A stretch of DNA of 63,966 nt, filler included, from Octopus bimaculoides (taxonomy: Eukaryota): NCBI RefSeq assembly GCF_001194135.2. It is 7 parts of 6 records of this genome, joined end to end, with 100 filler letters (N's around TTAATTAATTAA, not from the genome) between each part and the next. Parts side by side here need not be neighbours in the genome. Positions count along the whole stretch, not along the records: positions 23,473 to 40,516 come from NC_068988.1; positions 40,617 to 43,023 come from NW_026391563.1; positions 43,124 to 57,574 come from NC_068981.1; 4 more parts are not named here. The stretch is one strand, 5' to 3'. Made by a program: the position numbers and the translations under genes. Shown piece by piece: positions 37,163 through 51,293 of this stretch (position 1 is the first letter of the stretch; each line of letters opens with the position of its first letter). A model generated the notes under the pieces. The model made no database searches. It worked only from the letters and a program-made list of their open reading frames with translations, and had not been told where the DNA came from.

Positions 37163-38789
37163 TCGTGGTGGAAAATTAAATATATGCAGAAGGTATATTG
37201 ATATAATGATATGAGTGTGTATCTTTTGTTAATACATAGTTGATGATTTATAAGAATAGATAATGAAAAATCTATGTGGAAAATATCAGATACAAGACTT
37301 AGATATAGAAATTATCAAGTATAGCAATTCTATTCCAGAATATTGGATAATTGAGATAAAAAAGGTAGCAATGGTTAAAAAAGTATTAATAGATAATCTG
37401 TAGAGATTCATTGTAATAGTGTTAGGACTTATGTGTAAGTGAATAAATCTAGCTAGGTATATATGGGAAATATTTATTAGTTAGGTAGAGGTCAAGAGGA
37501 GGGGGATTATTGTCATCAATAGTGTAGCTATGGGATTACAGTGGGATTTACAATTGGTCTGGTGAGAGAGAGAAAAAAGAGATATTACTTGTAAAGTAAT
37601 TTAATTAGTTAAATAAGATTCATTCTCTTTTTATTTTAGATTTTATTTTAAACTGGATCCTATCAAAAACGTCCCTATGCATTTCTATACACTTAGTACC
37701 TATAGTATTAATTGGAATATTCAAAACACATTATACCAGAATAGGTTATCATACCTAAATGAAAATTACAAACACACACACAAACACATATATTTATATA
37801 ATCGATAGTAATGTTAACTTGGTCCTTCATTTTAGTGTTTCCATGTTAATAACTTAATGTTCAGTATCTCCTGTCCCTGGATGCCAGTCAATACAGTCCA
37901 TGTGATTTCAAATCTCCACACGCACGCAAAGGAAAACTAAACTTATCAACATTTAATTTCACTTTTATCTTTGTATATTCCTTGTTGTATATAAAGTGAT
38001 GTATCTGTTTGTGTTTTTGCTACATATACGTTCATCTGTTGGTACATATGGATGGCTTAAGCCGAATGGTCTATTTCCACGATTCGTAAGTAGATATTTT
38101 CGTATGTATGGGCATGATGTCATAACTTCATAACTTTCTATTTCAAATAAATGGCATTTTCTATTGTTCAAAAACGATAGAAAACATTTTATAATTACAT
38201 ATATATTGGGCTTTGAGGTATGTTTCCCTGTTTCAAGTAATATACATGCACTGTAAGCTCGTTGTTCGAACTCCGTTGCAAAGTTTAAAATTAGCAGCGA
38301 TGTTGATGAAATAAGTTCTTAAATCTATTTGTGTACATTTCTCTATAATCATTTGCATTTGAATTAATCCTAGATGTAATTGTCGCTATGTATATCAGAT
38401 TCTTCGAGGCAATTTTCGTTAACTAAACTTACAGGAAGACAATGGCATTTGTATTTTTATTCGTTCACGGTACACTGCAGAATAAATATTTCATTTTCTA
38501 CTAATTGATTATCGATACAAAAATATTTTGTTGAATCATGACGAATATACCGTAAGCATAAAAAAGGAAAGCATAGCCAGTTCGAAGTGAATTTACTTCT
38601 AACAGTAATTTTTTTAAAATGGGGAAAACTATTTTAGTAGCATCATTTGTTTCCGTTGTAAGCAATGAATACATCCCACCAATTTTGACGTCATAGACGT
38701 AGCAGTGATACTTATAACGAGTGACAGAGCAGTGAAAATATGACGTCATATGCATTAGGCTTTAATACTGAACCTCAAGACTCTGTTTT

Positions 38790-38945
38790 CGAGTGTCTTT
38801 CAGTTCCCGACAGCCAAATCTACTCACAAGACTTTGGTCAACTCGGGGCTATAATAGAAGACAATTGTCCAGCATGTCCCGTAGTGGGATTGAATCTGGA
38901 ACTACGCAGCTGGGAAGCAAGCTTCTTACAACACAACCATGCCTA
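38790..38945 (-). mobile_element. Degenerate tRNA-derived SINE 5' half
   Basis: Reverse complement reads GGCATGGTTGTGTTGTAAGAAGCTTGCTTCCCAG…GTTCCAGATTCAATCCCAC; same family as 26230. Confidence 0.65.
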
Positions 38946-40560
38946 GCTTAAGTTGCAAAGAGAAAACGGAATGTATAGAGCGAACCAAGTGACTCTGAAC
39001 AGAATTAGAAATCTCTGTCTTGCCATGGTGTAGAGAATAATTCTAGATCACTCTACGAGGAAATATTTTAGGTTAGTAAAGATAAAACTACCAATTGTAT
39101 GGTAGCAGGTCACTCTTGAACCTCACAAAATATATTCAATCATCTAATAAATGTACCTACGCACTGTGAATGATTTATTTATTCTGGATCCGACGAATTG
39201 AAGTGAGAATTATACTACTTCTCACTAAGTATTTTTCGATCAGTTAGCTGAAACCGCTGTAAGCTGATGAAATGAATAATGTAATTCGGGTTCTTTTGTC
39301 ATTCATTATATGTATGTATGTATGTATGTATGTATCTATCTATCTATCTGTTTGTCTATCTGTCAGTTAGTCTGTCTACATGTGTGTGTATGTCTATATG
39401 TGTATATATGCATGTATGCATGAAGGCATGTATGTATGCATGTATGTATGTATGTATGTTTGTATATATGTATATAGAGATATAATGTACCGAAGGTAGA
39501 TTGGACATGCGGTTAGTTGTAATTTCTAAACGTAATAATTAACGCGTTTATGTCATTAGATATAGTTAAATTTAGAGGTCGAAATTGGTGAATGAGTGCT
39601 AAATACATGGAATCTGTCTCCACGACGTGTGAACATCTTCAAAATATCCTTCTGTCAATTGCTAAACCTCTCAAAGTTAATGTGAATATGATATGTAATC
39701 ACTGTTTCCACATCTATACGCGAATCAAAATGTATCCTGCATCGAGACTTGCTTTAATCGTAGTGCAATTAGGCAACAATAGGCATTATGTTCGGGAGAT
39801 TACAGCACTTTGTGAAAAATTTCATCATATTATAATCACAGGGCAAAATCGATAATAAGATTCCAGATTCTATCACAACCGCCATTTTACTCAATATAAA
39901 TACAGTGAATGCTTCAAGAACAAAGTACAATTTAATTAGGAGTGAAGAATTTATATGTATCAATAAATTTCCTTGTCACTGAATATTGTTCTCATGTGTC
40001 TCTTTATCACACTCATGAATTCCATTTATTTTCTTTACCTTTCCATTCCCTGTCTGTCCCAACATCACTCCCTTTATATTTCTCTTTATCTACCATCTCA
40101 CAATTTCTCTAGCATTCTCTACCTTTCTCTCTGTCTCTCTTGTTTCCTTTAGCCCTCACCATCTTCGTTAGATATATTCCAGTCTTTATCTGTTGTTATA
40201 TTTCTGTTCTAATGAAATCTATTTATCTTCCACAATATCCGCTATCAGATAGATTTAAAGCAATGTTTGAAAGTAGGAATTCTGAGCATGGCACAGCAGT
40301 CTACATTAACCATTCTAAGTCAATTTCATCTGCAGTTCTAAGGTCACGAGGACAAACCCATTCATACGAATATGTCTATATGCATGTATGTACGTACGTA
40401 TGTATGTATGTATGTATATATGTATGTATGTATATATGTATGTATGTATGTATGCATGCATGCATGTATGCATGTATGTATGTATGTATGTATGTATGTA
40501 TGTTTGTATGTATATANNNNNNNNNNNNNNNNNNNNNNNNNNNNNNNNNNNNNNNNNNNN

Positions 40561-40572
40561 TTAATTAATTAA
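40561..40572. other. Artificial assembly linker TTAATTAATTAA
   Basis: 12-mer inside an N-gap block. Confidence 0.95.
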
Positions 40573-40664
40573 NNNNNNNNNNNNNNNNNNNNNNNNNNNN
40601 NNNNNNNNNNNNNNNNAAATTTCGGGCCTTTTGTTTAGAGCAGAAAAGAATATTTTAACAAAAT

Positions 40665-40721
40665 CTAAGGTGGCGAGCTGTCAGAATCGTTAGCACGCTG
40701 GACAAAATGCTTTGCGGCATT
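40665..40721 (+). mobile_element. SINE head truncated by a gap
   Basis: AAGGTGGCGAGCTGTCAGAATCGTTAGCACGCTGGACAAAATGC; family of 5441-5645. Confidence 0.75.
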
Positions 40722-42974
40722 NNNNNNNNNNNNNNNNNNNNNNNNNNNNNNNNNNNNNNNNNNNNNNNNNNNNNNNNNNNNNNNNNNNNNNNNNNNNNNN
40801 NNNNNNNNNNNNNNNNNNNNNNNNNNNNNNNNNNNNNNNNNNNNNNNNNNNNNNNNNNNNNNNNNNNNNNNNNNNNNNNNNNNNNNNNNNNNNNNNNNNN
40901 NNNNNNNNNNNNNNNNNNNNNNNNNNNNNNNNNNNNNNNNNNNNNNNNNNNNNNNNNNNNNNNNNNNNNNNNTCTTTGTCAGTGTGATCATCATTTTCGA
41001 CCTTAAGTTGTAGTGAAACAACGCTTAGCATTTAAGAAATTCATGTGAAAATCTTTGCTGTTATTTTGCTATTCACAATTTGAGTTTTGTATTTGTTTTT
41101 GTGTCCTTTATATTGACATTGACATTTTAATTAAATTCTAGAAATAAGAAATATACAAATGTTCTATATTAATTAATAGTACTGTAGGCTNNNNNNNNNN
41201 NNNNNNNNNNNNNNNNNNNNNNNNNNNNNNNNNNNNNNNNNNNNNNNNNNNNNNNNNNNNNNNNNNNNTTCCGCTTTATTTCGTCCATCGAATACCAGTT
41301 GTCCACGTGACCCGCCAGAGTGAAGGTGTAATTCCCTATCTAGAGCAAAGGGTATTCTGGTCCACGAACATGGGCGTGGGTTCGAGTTCCAGTTCCAACT
41401 TGTATTTTCCCATCTACGCATTCTCCACTTATTTGTATAAACTGACTAATTTCGTTTTCATTTTCACAAACTGTTCTCGTAAATGTATTTTTTGTTTTCC
41501 ACTTTCGGATCGGTATATGCTCACAAATTCGGCAATATATGATAACAAAATAAAGATCATGTCTTATGATTAAATATTTATCTTTGTACTTCCTAACACC
41601 AAATCCCACTATGTGTAACCTTACTCCGTCACTGGATCGTGTATCTCTATATTTAAATCTTATTCGTTAATGTATAATTTCTTTGTATTTCATGTCTAGT
41701 TAATTTTTGNNNNNNNNNNNNNNNNNNNNNNNNNNNNNNNNNNNNNNNNNNNNNNNNNNNNNNNNNNNNNNNNNNNNNNNNNNNNNNNNNNNNNNNNNNN
41801 NNNNNNNNNNNNNNNNNNNNNNNNNNNNNNNNNNNNNNNNNNNNNNNNNNNNNNNNNNNNNNNNNNNNNNNNNNNNNNNNNNNNNNNNNNNNNNNNNNNN
41901 NNNNNNNNNNNNNNNNNNNNNNNNNNNNNNNNNNNNNNNNNNNNNNNNNNNNNNNNNNNNNNNNNNNNNNNNNNNNNNNNNNNNNNNNNNNNNNNNNNNN
42001 NNNNNNNNNNNNNNNNNNNNNNNNNNNNNNNNNNNNNNNNNNNNNNNNNNNNNNNNNNNNNNNNNNNNNNNNNNNNNNNNNNNNNNNNNNNNNNNNNNNN
42101 NNNNNNNNNNNNNNNNNNNNNNNNNNNNNNNNNNNNNNNNNNNNNNNNNNNNNNNNNNNNNNNNNNNNNNNNNNNNNNNNNNNNNNNNNNNNNNNNNNNN
42201 NNNNNNNNNNNNNNNNNNNNNNNNNNNNNNNNNNNNNNNNNNNNNNNNNNNNNNNNNNNNNNNNNNNNNNNNNNNNNNNNNNNNNNNNNNNNNNNNNNNN
42301 NNNNNNNNNNNNNNNNNNNNNNNNNNNNNNNNNNNNNNNNNNNNNNNNNNNNNNNNNNNNNNNNNNNNNNNNNNNNNNNNNNNNNNNNNNNNNNNNNNNN
42401 NNNNNNNNNNNNNNNNNNNNNNNNNNNNNNNNNNNNNNNNNNNNNNNNNNNNNNNNNNNNNNGTTTCGTTAGTGTTTCGTTAAGAAAATACTGGTGCCCC
42501 CGTTTTGAAATACATCCATGTTAGACACTGATAAGAGGAACCAATCTCCACACAGCATTAAAAAGATATCAAAATTATAAAAAGCGTTCCACGTTAACNN
42601 NNNNNNNNTAGATGAGTGCTCCAGTTGTAGAGAAATTCTGTAGAGGAATATGTTATGTCTATAATCATGAAGCCTCGGTGCTGAGGTTACATGGTCTTTA
42701 GACGTATACCTCATTATTCTACAGGATTTCTAATGTCTCAGCAACAGGGTCTAACAGGGCTGTAAGTACTTTGGTTGCTATGGTGGAGTACATGCGTAGC
42801 TATTCCATCAGTCATTAGTTAAAGCTCTCTGGNNNNNNNNNNACGGCCAGTGTGATCCGATGCAATATTCCCATTTGTACAAGGAGCTATAATACATCAC
42901 TTAAATCAGTGCTTCTTAACATTTTATTTCTTTTTGTAACACCTCTCTTTTAAGTAGTTGTTATGCCTCGCACT

Positions 42975-43023
42975 GGAGGCGCTATGGCCTAGTGGTTAGG
43001 GCAGCGGACTCGCGGTCATAGGA
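42975..43023 (+). mobile_element. tRNA-like SINE head truncated by a gap
   Basis: A box TGGCCTAGTGG followed by tRNA D-arm/anticodon-like sequence; cannot be completed as a tRNA. Confidence 0.55.
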
Positions 43024-43067
43024 NNNNNNNNNNNNNNNNNNNNNNNNNNNNNNNNNNNNNNNNNNNN

Positions 43068-43079
43068 TTAATTAATTAA
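43068..43079. other. Artificial assembly linker TTAATTAATTAA
   Basis: 12-mer inside an N-gap block. Confidence 0.95.
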
Positions 43080-43249
43080 NNNNNNNNNNNNNNNNNNNNN
43101 NNNNNNNNNNNNNNNNNNNNNNNCACACACACACACACACACGCACGCACACACACACACATGCACACACACAAGCACAAGTATAAATTAAATTTTATTT
43201 TTAATCCCATTTTCATGCTGGAATATAGATACCTTTTATAATGCCCCAC

Positions 43250-43890
43250 TACCGCATATACTAATCAAATTCTTTATAGAACACCGAATACCCACAGAGA
43301 AACATACAGACTAACGACTCCTGCATCAAACCAAATCCTTTTGTGAAAATCAAGACACAAAACAAACAAGTTCCTTTACTAAAAACACTATGAAATGCCT
43401 GACTAATAACCATCCCCTTGCAAAGAAAAACAAAAAAAAATAGCCTAAATAACAACAAGTAAAAAGACTGACCTGCTAAAACATGCTCCCAAATTACATT
43501 CTTTGTGAACCCTTAAAAAATTCCATAAAAAAATATGACACACCCAGTTATTTAGATTTTGAATGCTAAACTTTGTACTTTTGATCTTTACACAGTCAAA
43601 GCAAAGGATTAACTCCAATAAAACACGAAATAACTAAAACTACTAAAACAGCCTCTTCCTACCTCTAAATATATACATTTATAAATTCTAAACAATAAAT
43701 CAACGCTAAATTTAACCAATGAAAATTTCTTCAATACACCTTTCCATAAGAGTCCACGTTAAACCCTATTTATCACTCCACTGAAGCAGCCACACCCAAG
43801 GAGACTTTATAGAGCGAATAGTAACTTAAATTCATCGCAGTCCGACGATGGATTAACTGGCTGAAACTTCAAAGTCACTCTCAATAATAT
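43250..43890 (+). mobile_element. Probable heavily decayed Penelope-like 3' end (GIY-YIG region followed by HHR)
   Basis: A-rich sense strand with faint remnants (QILYR…ETYRLT, KLCTFDL, TLNLTNENFFNTPFHK) immediately upstream of an HHR motif. Confidence 0.4.
43839..43879 (+). ncRNA. Minimal hammerhead ribozyme motif, degenerate (U4C)
   Basis: AGT-CCGACGA-TGGATTAACTGGCT-GAAA-CTT CA AAG-TC-ACT; GUC cleavage triplet, 3-bp stem I, poor stem II. Confidence 0.5.
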
Positions 43891-45244
43891 TCTTGTTTAA
43901 GATATATATTATAAATACACCAACACCCCCCACCCACACACACACACACATTCACGCATACATACATACATACATATAACCCTGCCTAAATACCAATCTT
44001 GAGAAATTAGGCTTCTCAAAACCAGAAAGGAGAAAGCTAATTCGAAGACNNNNNNNNNNNNNNNNNNNNNNNNNNNNNNNNNNNNNNNNNNNNNNNNNNN
44101 NNNNNNNNNNNNNNNNNNNNNNNNNNNNNNNNNNNNNNNNNNNNNNNNNNNNNNNNNNNNNNNNNNNNNNNNNNNNNNNNNNNNNNNNNNNNNNNNNNNN
44201 NNNNNNNNNNNNNNNNNNNNNNNNNNNNNNNNNNNNNNNNNNNNNNNNNNNNNNNNNNNNNNNNNNNNNNNNNNNNNNNNNNNNNNNNNNNNNNNNNNNN
44301 NNNNNNNNNNNNNNNNNNNNNNNNNNNNNNNNNNNNNNNNNNNNNNNNNNNNNNNNAGATCCAATCCATCACTGGAACTGTAAAAATCTGTAGAACTTTC
44401 CAGGAGTTTATCATTTAAGTATATATGAGCATGTTTAGATATGCAAATATATGCATGAGAATACATACATACATACACACATACATACATACATACATAC
44501 ATACATACATACATACATACATACATACATACATACAAACAAAAATCCCCTGTTGTTGGTGTCGAAATTCCAATGAAGAAGCCTCGGATCTAGGTTAGAA
44601 ACCGGTTCTTTCTCTATTGGCAAGAAATCTTGAAATAAAACTAAACAATGACATACATACACACATACATACCTACATACATACATACATACATACATAC
44701 ATACATGTATACATGCATACATACACACACACACACACATACATACATAAATACATACATAAATACATACATCCATACATACATGCATGCATATATACAC
44801 ACAGACACACACACACGTATATACATACATACGTAGCTGTATGTGTATAAATTGCTTTCCTATTTTTTTGTTTATCCGTTCCGATTCTCTGACATTTTCA
44901 CCGAATTTAAATGACACATTTTTATTCTCCAAGGACATTTCTCAGGATTTTACCAGACACATTTTAGACTAACTGTAAGGCATGTGTCTACACTAATATA
45001 GATTTATCTCAGTGAAATTATACCTGACTTTCTATGAGTTGTCCATGTCGCACGTATACTAAGGATGTAATATGTGTATACGTGTGTGTGTGCGCGCGTT
45101 TGTGTATGTGCGTGTGTATGTGTGTGCTTTTGTGTGTGTGTGTGCGTGTTTGTATACGTTTGTGAGTGTATCCGTATGAACTGGTTGGTGTTTGTTTATA
45201 TGACATTGTATGTTATGTACACTATACAAACATATACATATATC

Positions 45245-45282
<38 letters not shown>

Positions 45283-46479
45283 NNNNNNNNNNACACACAC
45301 ACACACACTCGAATAGCTGCAAAAGTATTTGCTTCGGGAAATTCCCAAGAATGTGACTAAAACACGATAGTTAAAAATCTCATTATAATTACATAAACAC
45401 ACGCTAATACGTCCAACTCTATATATACACTTATATATACATACACGCACGCACGCACGCACGCACGCACGCACACACATACACATACTCACATGTATAT
45501 ATACATATATGTTTATACATATCTACATACATACATACATACATACATGTATGTATGTATGTATGTATGTATACACGCAGACGTATATTTGTACGCTTTC
45601 TTTTTATAATGTCTCTTCAATAAAATATATATTAATTTCAAAGTTGCCATTAAATGGGCACATTTTTACGGCGTATGGCAAATATATAAACATTCCCTGG
45701 AGAAGGGAGTGTAAAAAAGATTGGAAACTCTGTACGAATGTCTAAGGATTTTATAATCAATAAAATATATTATGAGCTACTTAGAATAATATTCAACACA
45801 ACTGGAACCTGCAATGGGTGTATAAAAACATACTAATTACAATATATTTATGTACGTTTAAAGATCGGTTTACATAAATTGTCGCTGTTTGTTTAGCTTC
45901 AGCCCAGCCATGATAGAGCAAGCATAAAATGTTAAGATATTGTAGTCTAGGTCATCTCGTCTGTTTATATACTGCGTAATCATGTACAATATGCCCTTCT
46001 TTTTCTTAGGACGATAGTATATGAGATGCCGGAGATTTGGCTGCTATGTCTTCCTAATTGGCTGAGAGACCATATACATATGGTTCTGTTAGTTCGGTGT
46101 AACTTACGTTTTATATTTGTGTATATAAATTGAGCTATATATTTGTGTATATTCAAGCAAAGCTTTCAAGGCGGGTGCCTCCAGCCTGACCGCAGTCTAC
46201 TGATTGAAAGAGGTAAAAAAGGAAAAAAAAAACAAAAACAATATATATATATATAACTAGTGGCGTATATTGTGAATATGCGCGGATGTATGTACTACGA
46301 ATGTATAAACAATGATGTATATCGAAAATCTACGTCTGTATTAGAAATGTGTGTGTATACGCAAGAAATATAATCGCTGGCGTATATGCGTAAATTAGAA
46401 AACGCGTATCAAGAATGTATAACTGCTGAAGCGTATAGACTGATCCAGGAGGGATTGTAATCCCCGAATCAAAATTAGT

Positions 46480-47110
46480 GTGCGACCTGGGCATTAACAT
46501 GAGTAATGATGTCTCTTTCCAGGGTTGCCTATTACTAAGTTGGCAATAAAGTGTAGGCGTCAGACCCGATGGATCCTTAGAACATTCAGAACGAAAGAAC
46601 GAGAAATCATAATGGTTCTCTTGAGAACGTTTGTTCTTAGCCGCTTAGAATACTGCTCCTAACTATAGTCACCACGCAAAGTAAACTTAACGGAACTGGA
46701 AGCAATCTAGCGAAGCTACACAAGGAAGATCGTCTCTGTGCGACAGGTTAACTACTGGGAAAGCCCTAAAATGTTAAGGAAGGCTGAAAGATATGCAGTG
46801 ATACACATCTGGGGAATCCCGAAAGGATTTGTACCAAACTTTGGCATTGAAAGTTACACAAGCAGCAGAACTGGGCGTCACTGCATTGCACGAAAGATCC
46901 TAACATCGTTATCAAGATACAGGAGCAGATTGTGCAACCACTTGGATTTCAAGGTCCACTGCTTTTCAGTATCTTCCCAAAAGGACTGAGGGACTTGCAT
47001 GGGGTGGACGTGTCTTCAAGACACAAATGGATCTCCTCCTGTCAAGAGACCTGAATGAATCCACCTGGCGATAGGAAACGCAAATGAGAGCAGCGTGGTC
47101 ACTGGTGCCA
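46480..47110 (+). mobile_element. CR1-clade LINE 3' fragment (decayed RT C-terminus)
   Basis: VRDLGINMSND, LEYCS, NYWE, ERYAVIHIWG…GFVPNFGI…RTGRHC. Confidence 0.8.
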
Positions 47111-47277
47111 GGCTGTATCGGCCTTTGCCCTTCCCTCGGACAACATCGGTGGCGTAGTGAGGAGGACACTGGTCTGCATGGGTGACTGCTGGTTTTTCCA
47201 CAAAACAACCTTGCCTAGACTTGTACCTCGGAGAGGAACTTTCTAGCTGTTATCCCATGGTTATTTATATATATATA

Positions 47278-47489
47278 CGAGGAATGCTGAAAAGTTCCAG
47301 GCTTAAAAGATATCGTGAAAGGACTGGTTGGATACCCAACCTTCCGAGTCCTTGTACAGGCCTTAGAAAAACTGAAGGCTAGCTACAATAAATGTATGAA
47401 TCTGGGAGGGGAGCATGTTGAATAAAATCATAATTAACTGGTCCTGTGTTTTCTTTTACACAATAACAGGAACTTTTCAACACTCTCCG
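47278..47489. mobile_element. Mariner-derived MITE (212 bp) with TA flanks
   Basis: TA|CGAGGAATGCTGAAAAGTTCCAG … CAGGAACTTTTCAACACTCTCCG|TA imperfect TIRs; the interior resembles a transposase C-terminal end. Confidence 0.8.
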
Positions 47490-47886
47490 TATATGTTGTT
47501 CATGTATATCGAGCAATTCATCATACTTAGACATATATGAGCAATAATTCCAATAATATAACTATAGATTAAATACAAGTCTGATTATAGCATATTCTGA
47601 GTATCTGACGTTATCTAGAGATATAGAAAGTACAAGTGTTCTTATAGAAGCATTTCTTATGCTGAGACAGCAAGAGAGTTTATTACAGTAAGTCATTGTC
47701 ACTATATTTCTGTTAAGCTGCTATGAATAACGCTTTATAATTAGAATTATATCGTATTGTGTTACTACTTCGTTCATAAACTTAATTTTATGGAAGACAC
47801 TGTTGAACGGCGTTCTATGAATTATGACACCAGTTGCCTAACAATGGTTCTTTACGTAAATACAGGATCACACATTGTGATCTAGT

Positions 47887-47935
<49 letters not shown>

Positions 47936-48134
47936 ACTTAAGTCATCACCATTTACATGTTCATCATCATCATCTTATCAAATCATCACCATTATCGATA
48001 CTGTCACCGTTTCATTGTTGTAGACTTCAGTTCACTGCAACCGCACACAAACATATACATAGATATATATAAAGACATATGTGTGAAAGTAAATACACAC
48101 ATGTACACACACACACACACACACATACATACAA

Positions 48135-48184
<50 letters not shown>

Positions 48185-48199
48185 CGTGATTTCTTTCCA

Positions 48200-48334
48200 T
48201 GAAATCGAAGGTTGCCTAAACAGGTGCACACAGGTATGCCACGCGTCAGGCGTCGAAGTGCCGTTAGAGCAATAATGAGATGAAGTGCTTTGCTCGCCAA
48301 ACGCATTCCACTCTAACCACCAGGTCATGCACCC
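48200..48334 (-). mobile_element. SINE, family of 52933-53180, with B-box region deleted
   Basis: Reverse complement reads GGGTGCATGACCTGGTGGTTAGAGTG…CACTTCATCTCATTATTGCTC…CACTTCGAC. Confidence 0.7.
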
Positions 48335-48467
48335 TCACCACACATATTGTTTTATTTTGGTATTTTGGTCGAGCCAATCACTTGCTAATCTGAGTTTCTC
48401 TCGTGGATTACAAAGTCTTCTGATAAGTTACGAATCATATATATGTGTATACATACATACTTACATA

Positions 48468-48498
<31 letters not shown>

Positions 48499-48580
48499 CA
48501 TACATACATAAATACATACATATGCATTAGGTATATATATATATATTATATATGTATATGCGTATGTATGTGCGTGTGTG

Positions 48581-48618
<38 letters not shown>

Positions 48619-50429
48619 CATGTATATGTGTGTGTGTGTATACGCGTATATGTGTGTTTGTGTATGTTTATGAATATGTTTATGATACGTTACGCATTCC
48701 TAGTAAAGCAGCGTCGGGCACTGGTGTAAGTGTTTTGCTACTAAAGACCAAACATTTGCGGAACCAAACATTTGAGGCAAGAAAACACAATAGTACTAGG
48801 ATTTGAACTCTGGAAACTCAAGCAAAGAAGTCATTTATTTATGACGCCTCATCTCAAGCCGTGTTGTATTACACATCTGCAATACAAATGCGTGATATAA
48901 AATGTTTATGATCACATGTAGACTACACTACATGTGTACTATTACATGTGTAATATTTGATTTTCCTCGTATTTCTTTTTTTAATTGTAAAATCATTCAG
49001 TAAAAGGAATGAAGCACAATATTGATATTACAATAAAGCTTTCTGAAACCCACAGAATCGAGGTGGAATTGACAATGGCGACAGTTCCAATTTATCCCCA
49101 TATTAACAATTGCTCTAACTAACCTTGTAAAGACTGCCGTTTCGTCAATTGTGTATATTATATATAGATCGCTAAACATATTCCAAAACAGTAATCTTTG
49201 CATGGAATAATCGATACCTTTCTTATATCATCAAATAATGTTGCTTGAGCTTCTCTAAAGAAATTTGAAGCCAGTTTTTGCCAATTAAATTTCCTGTTAT
49301 ATCAGCGCTAATATAAAAGAAAGAATTCCATGCTTTATACAACGAAATCAATTTAATGAAGATAAATATTAAGTTTTAATGAAAGTGCTATATTTTAACA
49401 AACATTTCCCTGAACAATAGCTTTATTCTGTACTCTATAAACCTAGTTTGTGTAAAGGAAACGCACACTAACAGCAGACATGCACACAGACGCATGCTAC
49501 CTCTCCCTCTCTCTCCCTCTCTCTCTCTCTCGCTGTCTTTTTCTCTTTTACAGGCGCATAAACACACACACACTCACACACACACACACACACACAAACA
49601 AACAAACAAATACATGCATACACATTTGAAGTAATTTACTCTGTCTAAGAAAGCTCATAAAAGCAGCTTTGATGAATATATAAATACATAAATGAATGAG
49701 AGTTAGAAAGCCATCAGGAGGAGTTAATGAAATTAAACGGTGGCTAGCAAAGCTGTTAGATTTATTAATATAAACTTTTCTTTCTTTTCGCTTGCGCTGT
49801 CTTTCAATAAAAATGAAATTCTTTCACCACAATCGATATGAAAGTTTTTAAATAAATCATTAATCCTTCACTTATTGGAATATTATTTTTCCTGAAATTA
49901 GCTTGCTTTCATTGTTTAATATATTCTACCTTTATAGACGCTCTCTTTCCCTCCACCCATTCTCTCTCTCTCTCACTCTCTTTCTCTCACACACGATCAG
50001 TAGATTCATATTTATATGTTTGTTTTGATGCTCCATATTATTTCGTTCTGAAATATCCTTCCTTTTAAGTTAAATTTAATCGAATACCGCCACACTTTAA
50101 AATGTTTCTGTCCTGATTTTCTTGATGTATTTAATTTAAAGAATACGTTTATGGATGGATATAATTTTTTTTTCTGCGATCTTCTTTCAAATATACCCTT
50201 TCTTTACAAATGCATATTAATAAATAAATCTTTATTGATTTTCATATGAAGCCAGTAAGTTTTTCTCTCAGCCTCTGGATTATACTCCACTTTACATAGC
50301 TTACCTTATATTAAATATGATTTTGTCGCCGATTTTACTCAAGTTTCAAAGCCCTGCTCCCAGGTGTTGTCATATTGGTTATTTAGTAACCCTTCACAAA
50401 AAGAATGACATTACATTTCCTTCAAAACG

Positions 50430-50790
50430 GTTGCCATACCACAAAAATTCTAGCATCTACAGCACCTATGTTCTTCCAATAGTTTTATATGGTCTAAAAT
50501 GTGCCAAGTGGACTTCTGTTGCACTTCAGAAACAAAGTCATCTAATGCGACTTATTACTGACACCAAACTCTCAGACTATGTCAGAACTGATTATCTAAG
50601 ACAAATAACCAAATTACTACCAATCACCTCTGTCATCATAGCTAAAGTACATCACGTGCTTGGCCACACTAAGCGAGTGGTTTGTAGCATCAGCAAGATC
50701 TGTCTGGAGGGCATGGTCAACGGAACGAGAAACAGAGATCGCCAACCTAAGAGATGGAGAGATAACACTACAACATGCGAACAGGTCTTC
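50430..50790 (+). mobile_element. RTE-type LINE C-terminal fragment (decayed)
   Basis: IYSTYVLPIVLYG…LGHTKR…KICLEGMVNGTRNRDRQPKRWRD, corresponding to GH..R…EG.V.G.R.RGRP..RW.D. Confidence 0.8.
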
Positions 50791-51195
50791 GTACAGTTTC
50801 CCTGTAAAATCTTGTCAACGATTGAATACTATGGCGGCAACCACCTCACGCTGGATTGCATTTTGCGGCAGGCGGAGATAGCAGGAATTGATTCAGTATC
50901 TTCCGAAAGTCTTTGACGAGAGGCCATTTGAGCAGATAGCAAGCGGAAACTAGTGTCCGTCCGTGAAGCTGGAAGTGTCGAAGGGAATACAGTCCAGCAG
51001 TAACACTGGTGAGACATCTAATCAGAAGACGATTGATTCATAGTATATATTGTTCCAATGCGTCCTTCCTTTCTTTTTAGATGGTAACGTTCGATTTAAG
51101 AGAGATTAGGCTGCTATTCCGAGCAGATAGTGAGACCATGTAGAAAAGGTAACCTCATTGCTTAAAGCGAATATATAATTGTGTGAGTGCGTGTG

Positions 51196-51201
<6 letters not shown>

Positions 51202-51290
<89 letters not shown>
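51202..51290. repeat. (TG)n microsatellite
   Basis: Direct reading. Confidence 0.95.

Positions 51291-51293
<3 letters not shown>

Noticed and set aside
38018-38085. Signal-peptide-like first exon (MYLFVFLLHIRSSVG…) ending in TTC|GTAAGT on the plus strand
   Set aside because: No phase-compatible downstream exon found; such candidates arise readily in T-rich DNA.
41320-41400. tRNA gene (GGGTTCGAGTTCC B-box)
   Set aside because: No A box at proper spacing and no cloverleaf acceptor stem.
44555-44645. HHR-like CCAATGA…GAAACCGGTTC repeat
   Set aside because: Two core positions are altered and stems I and II are unconvincing; treated as an ordinary dispersed repeat.
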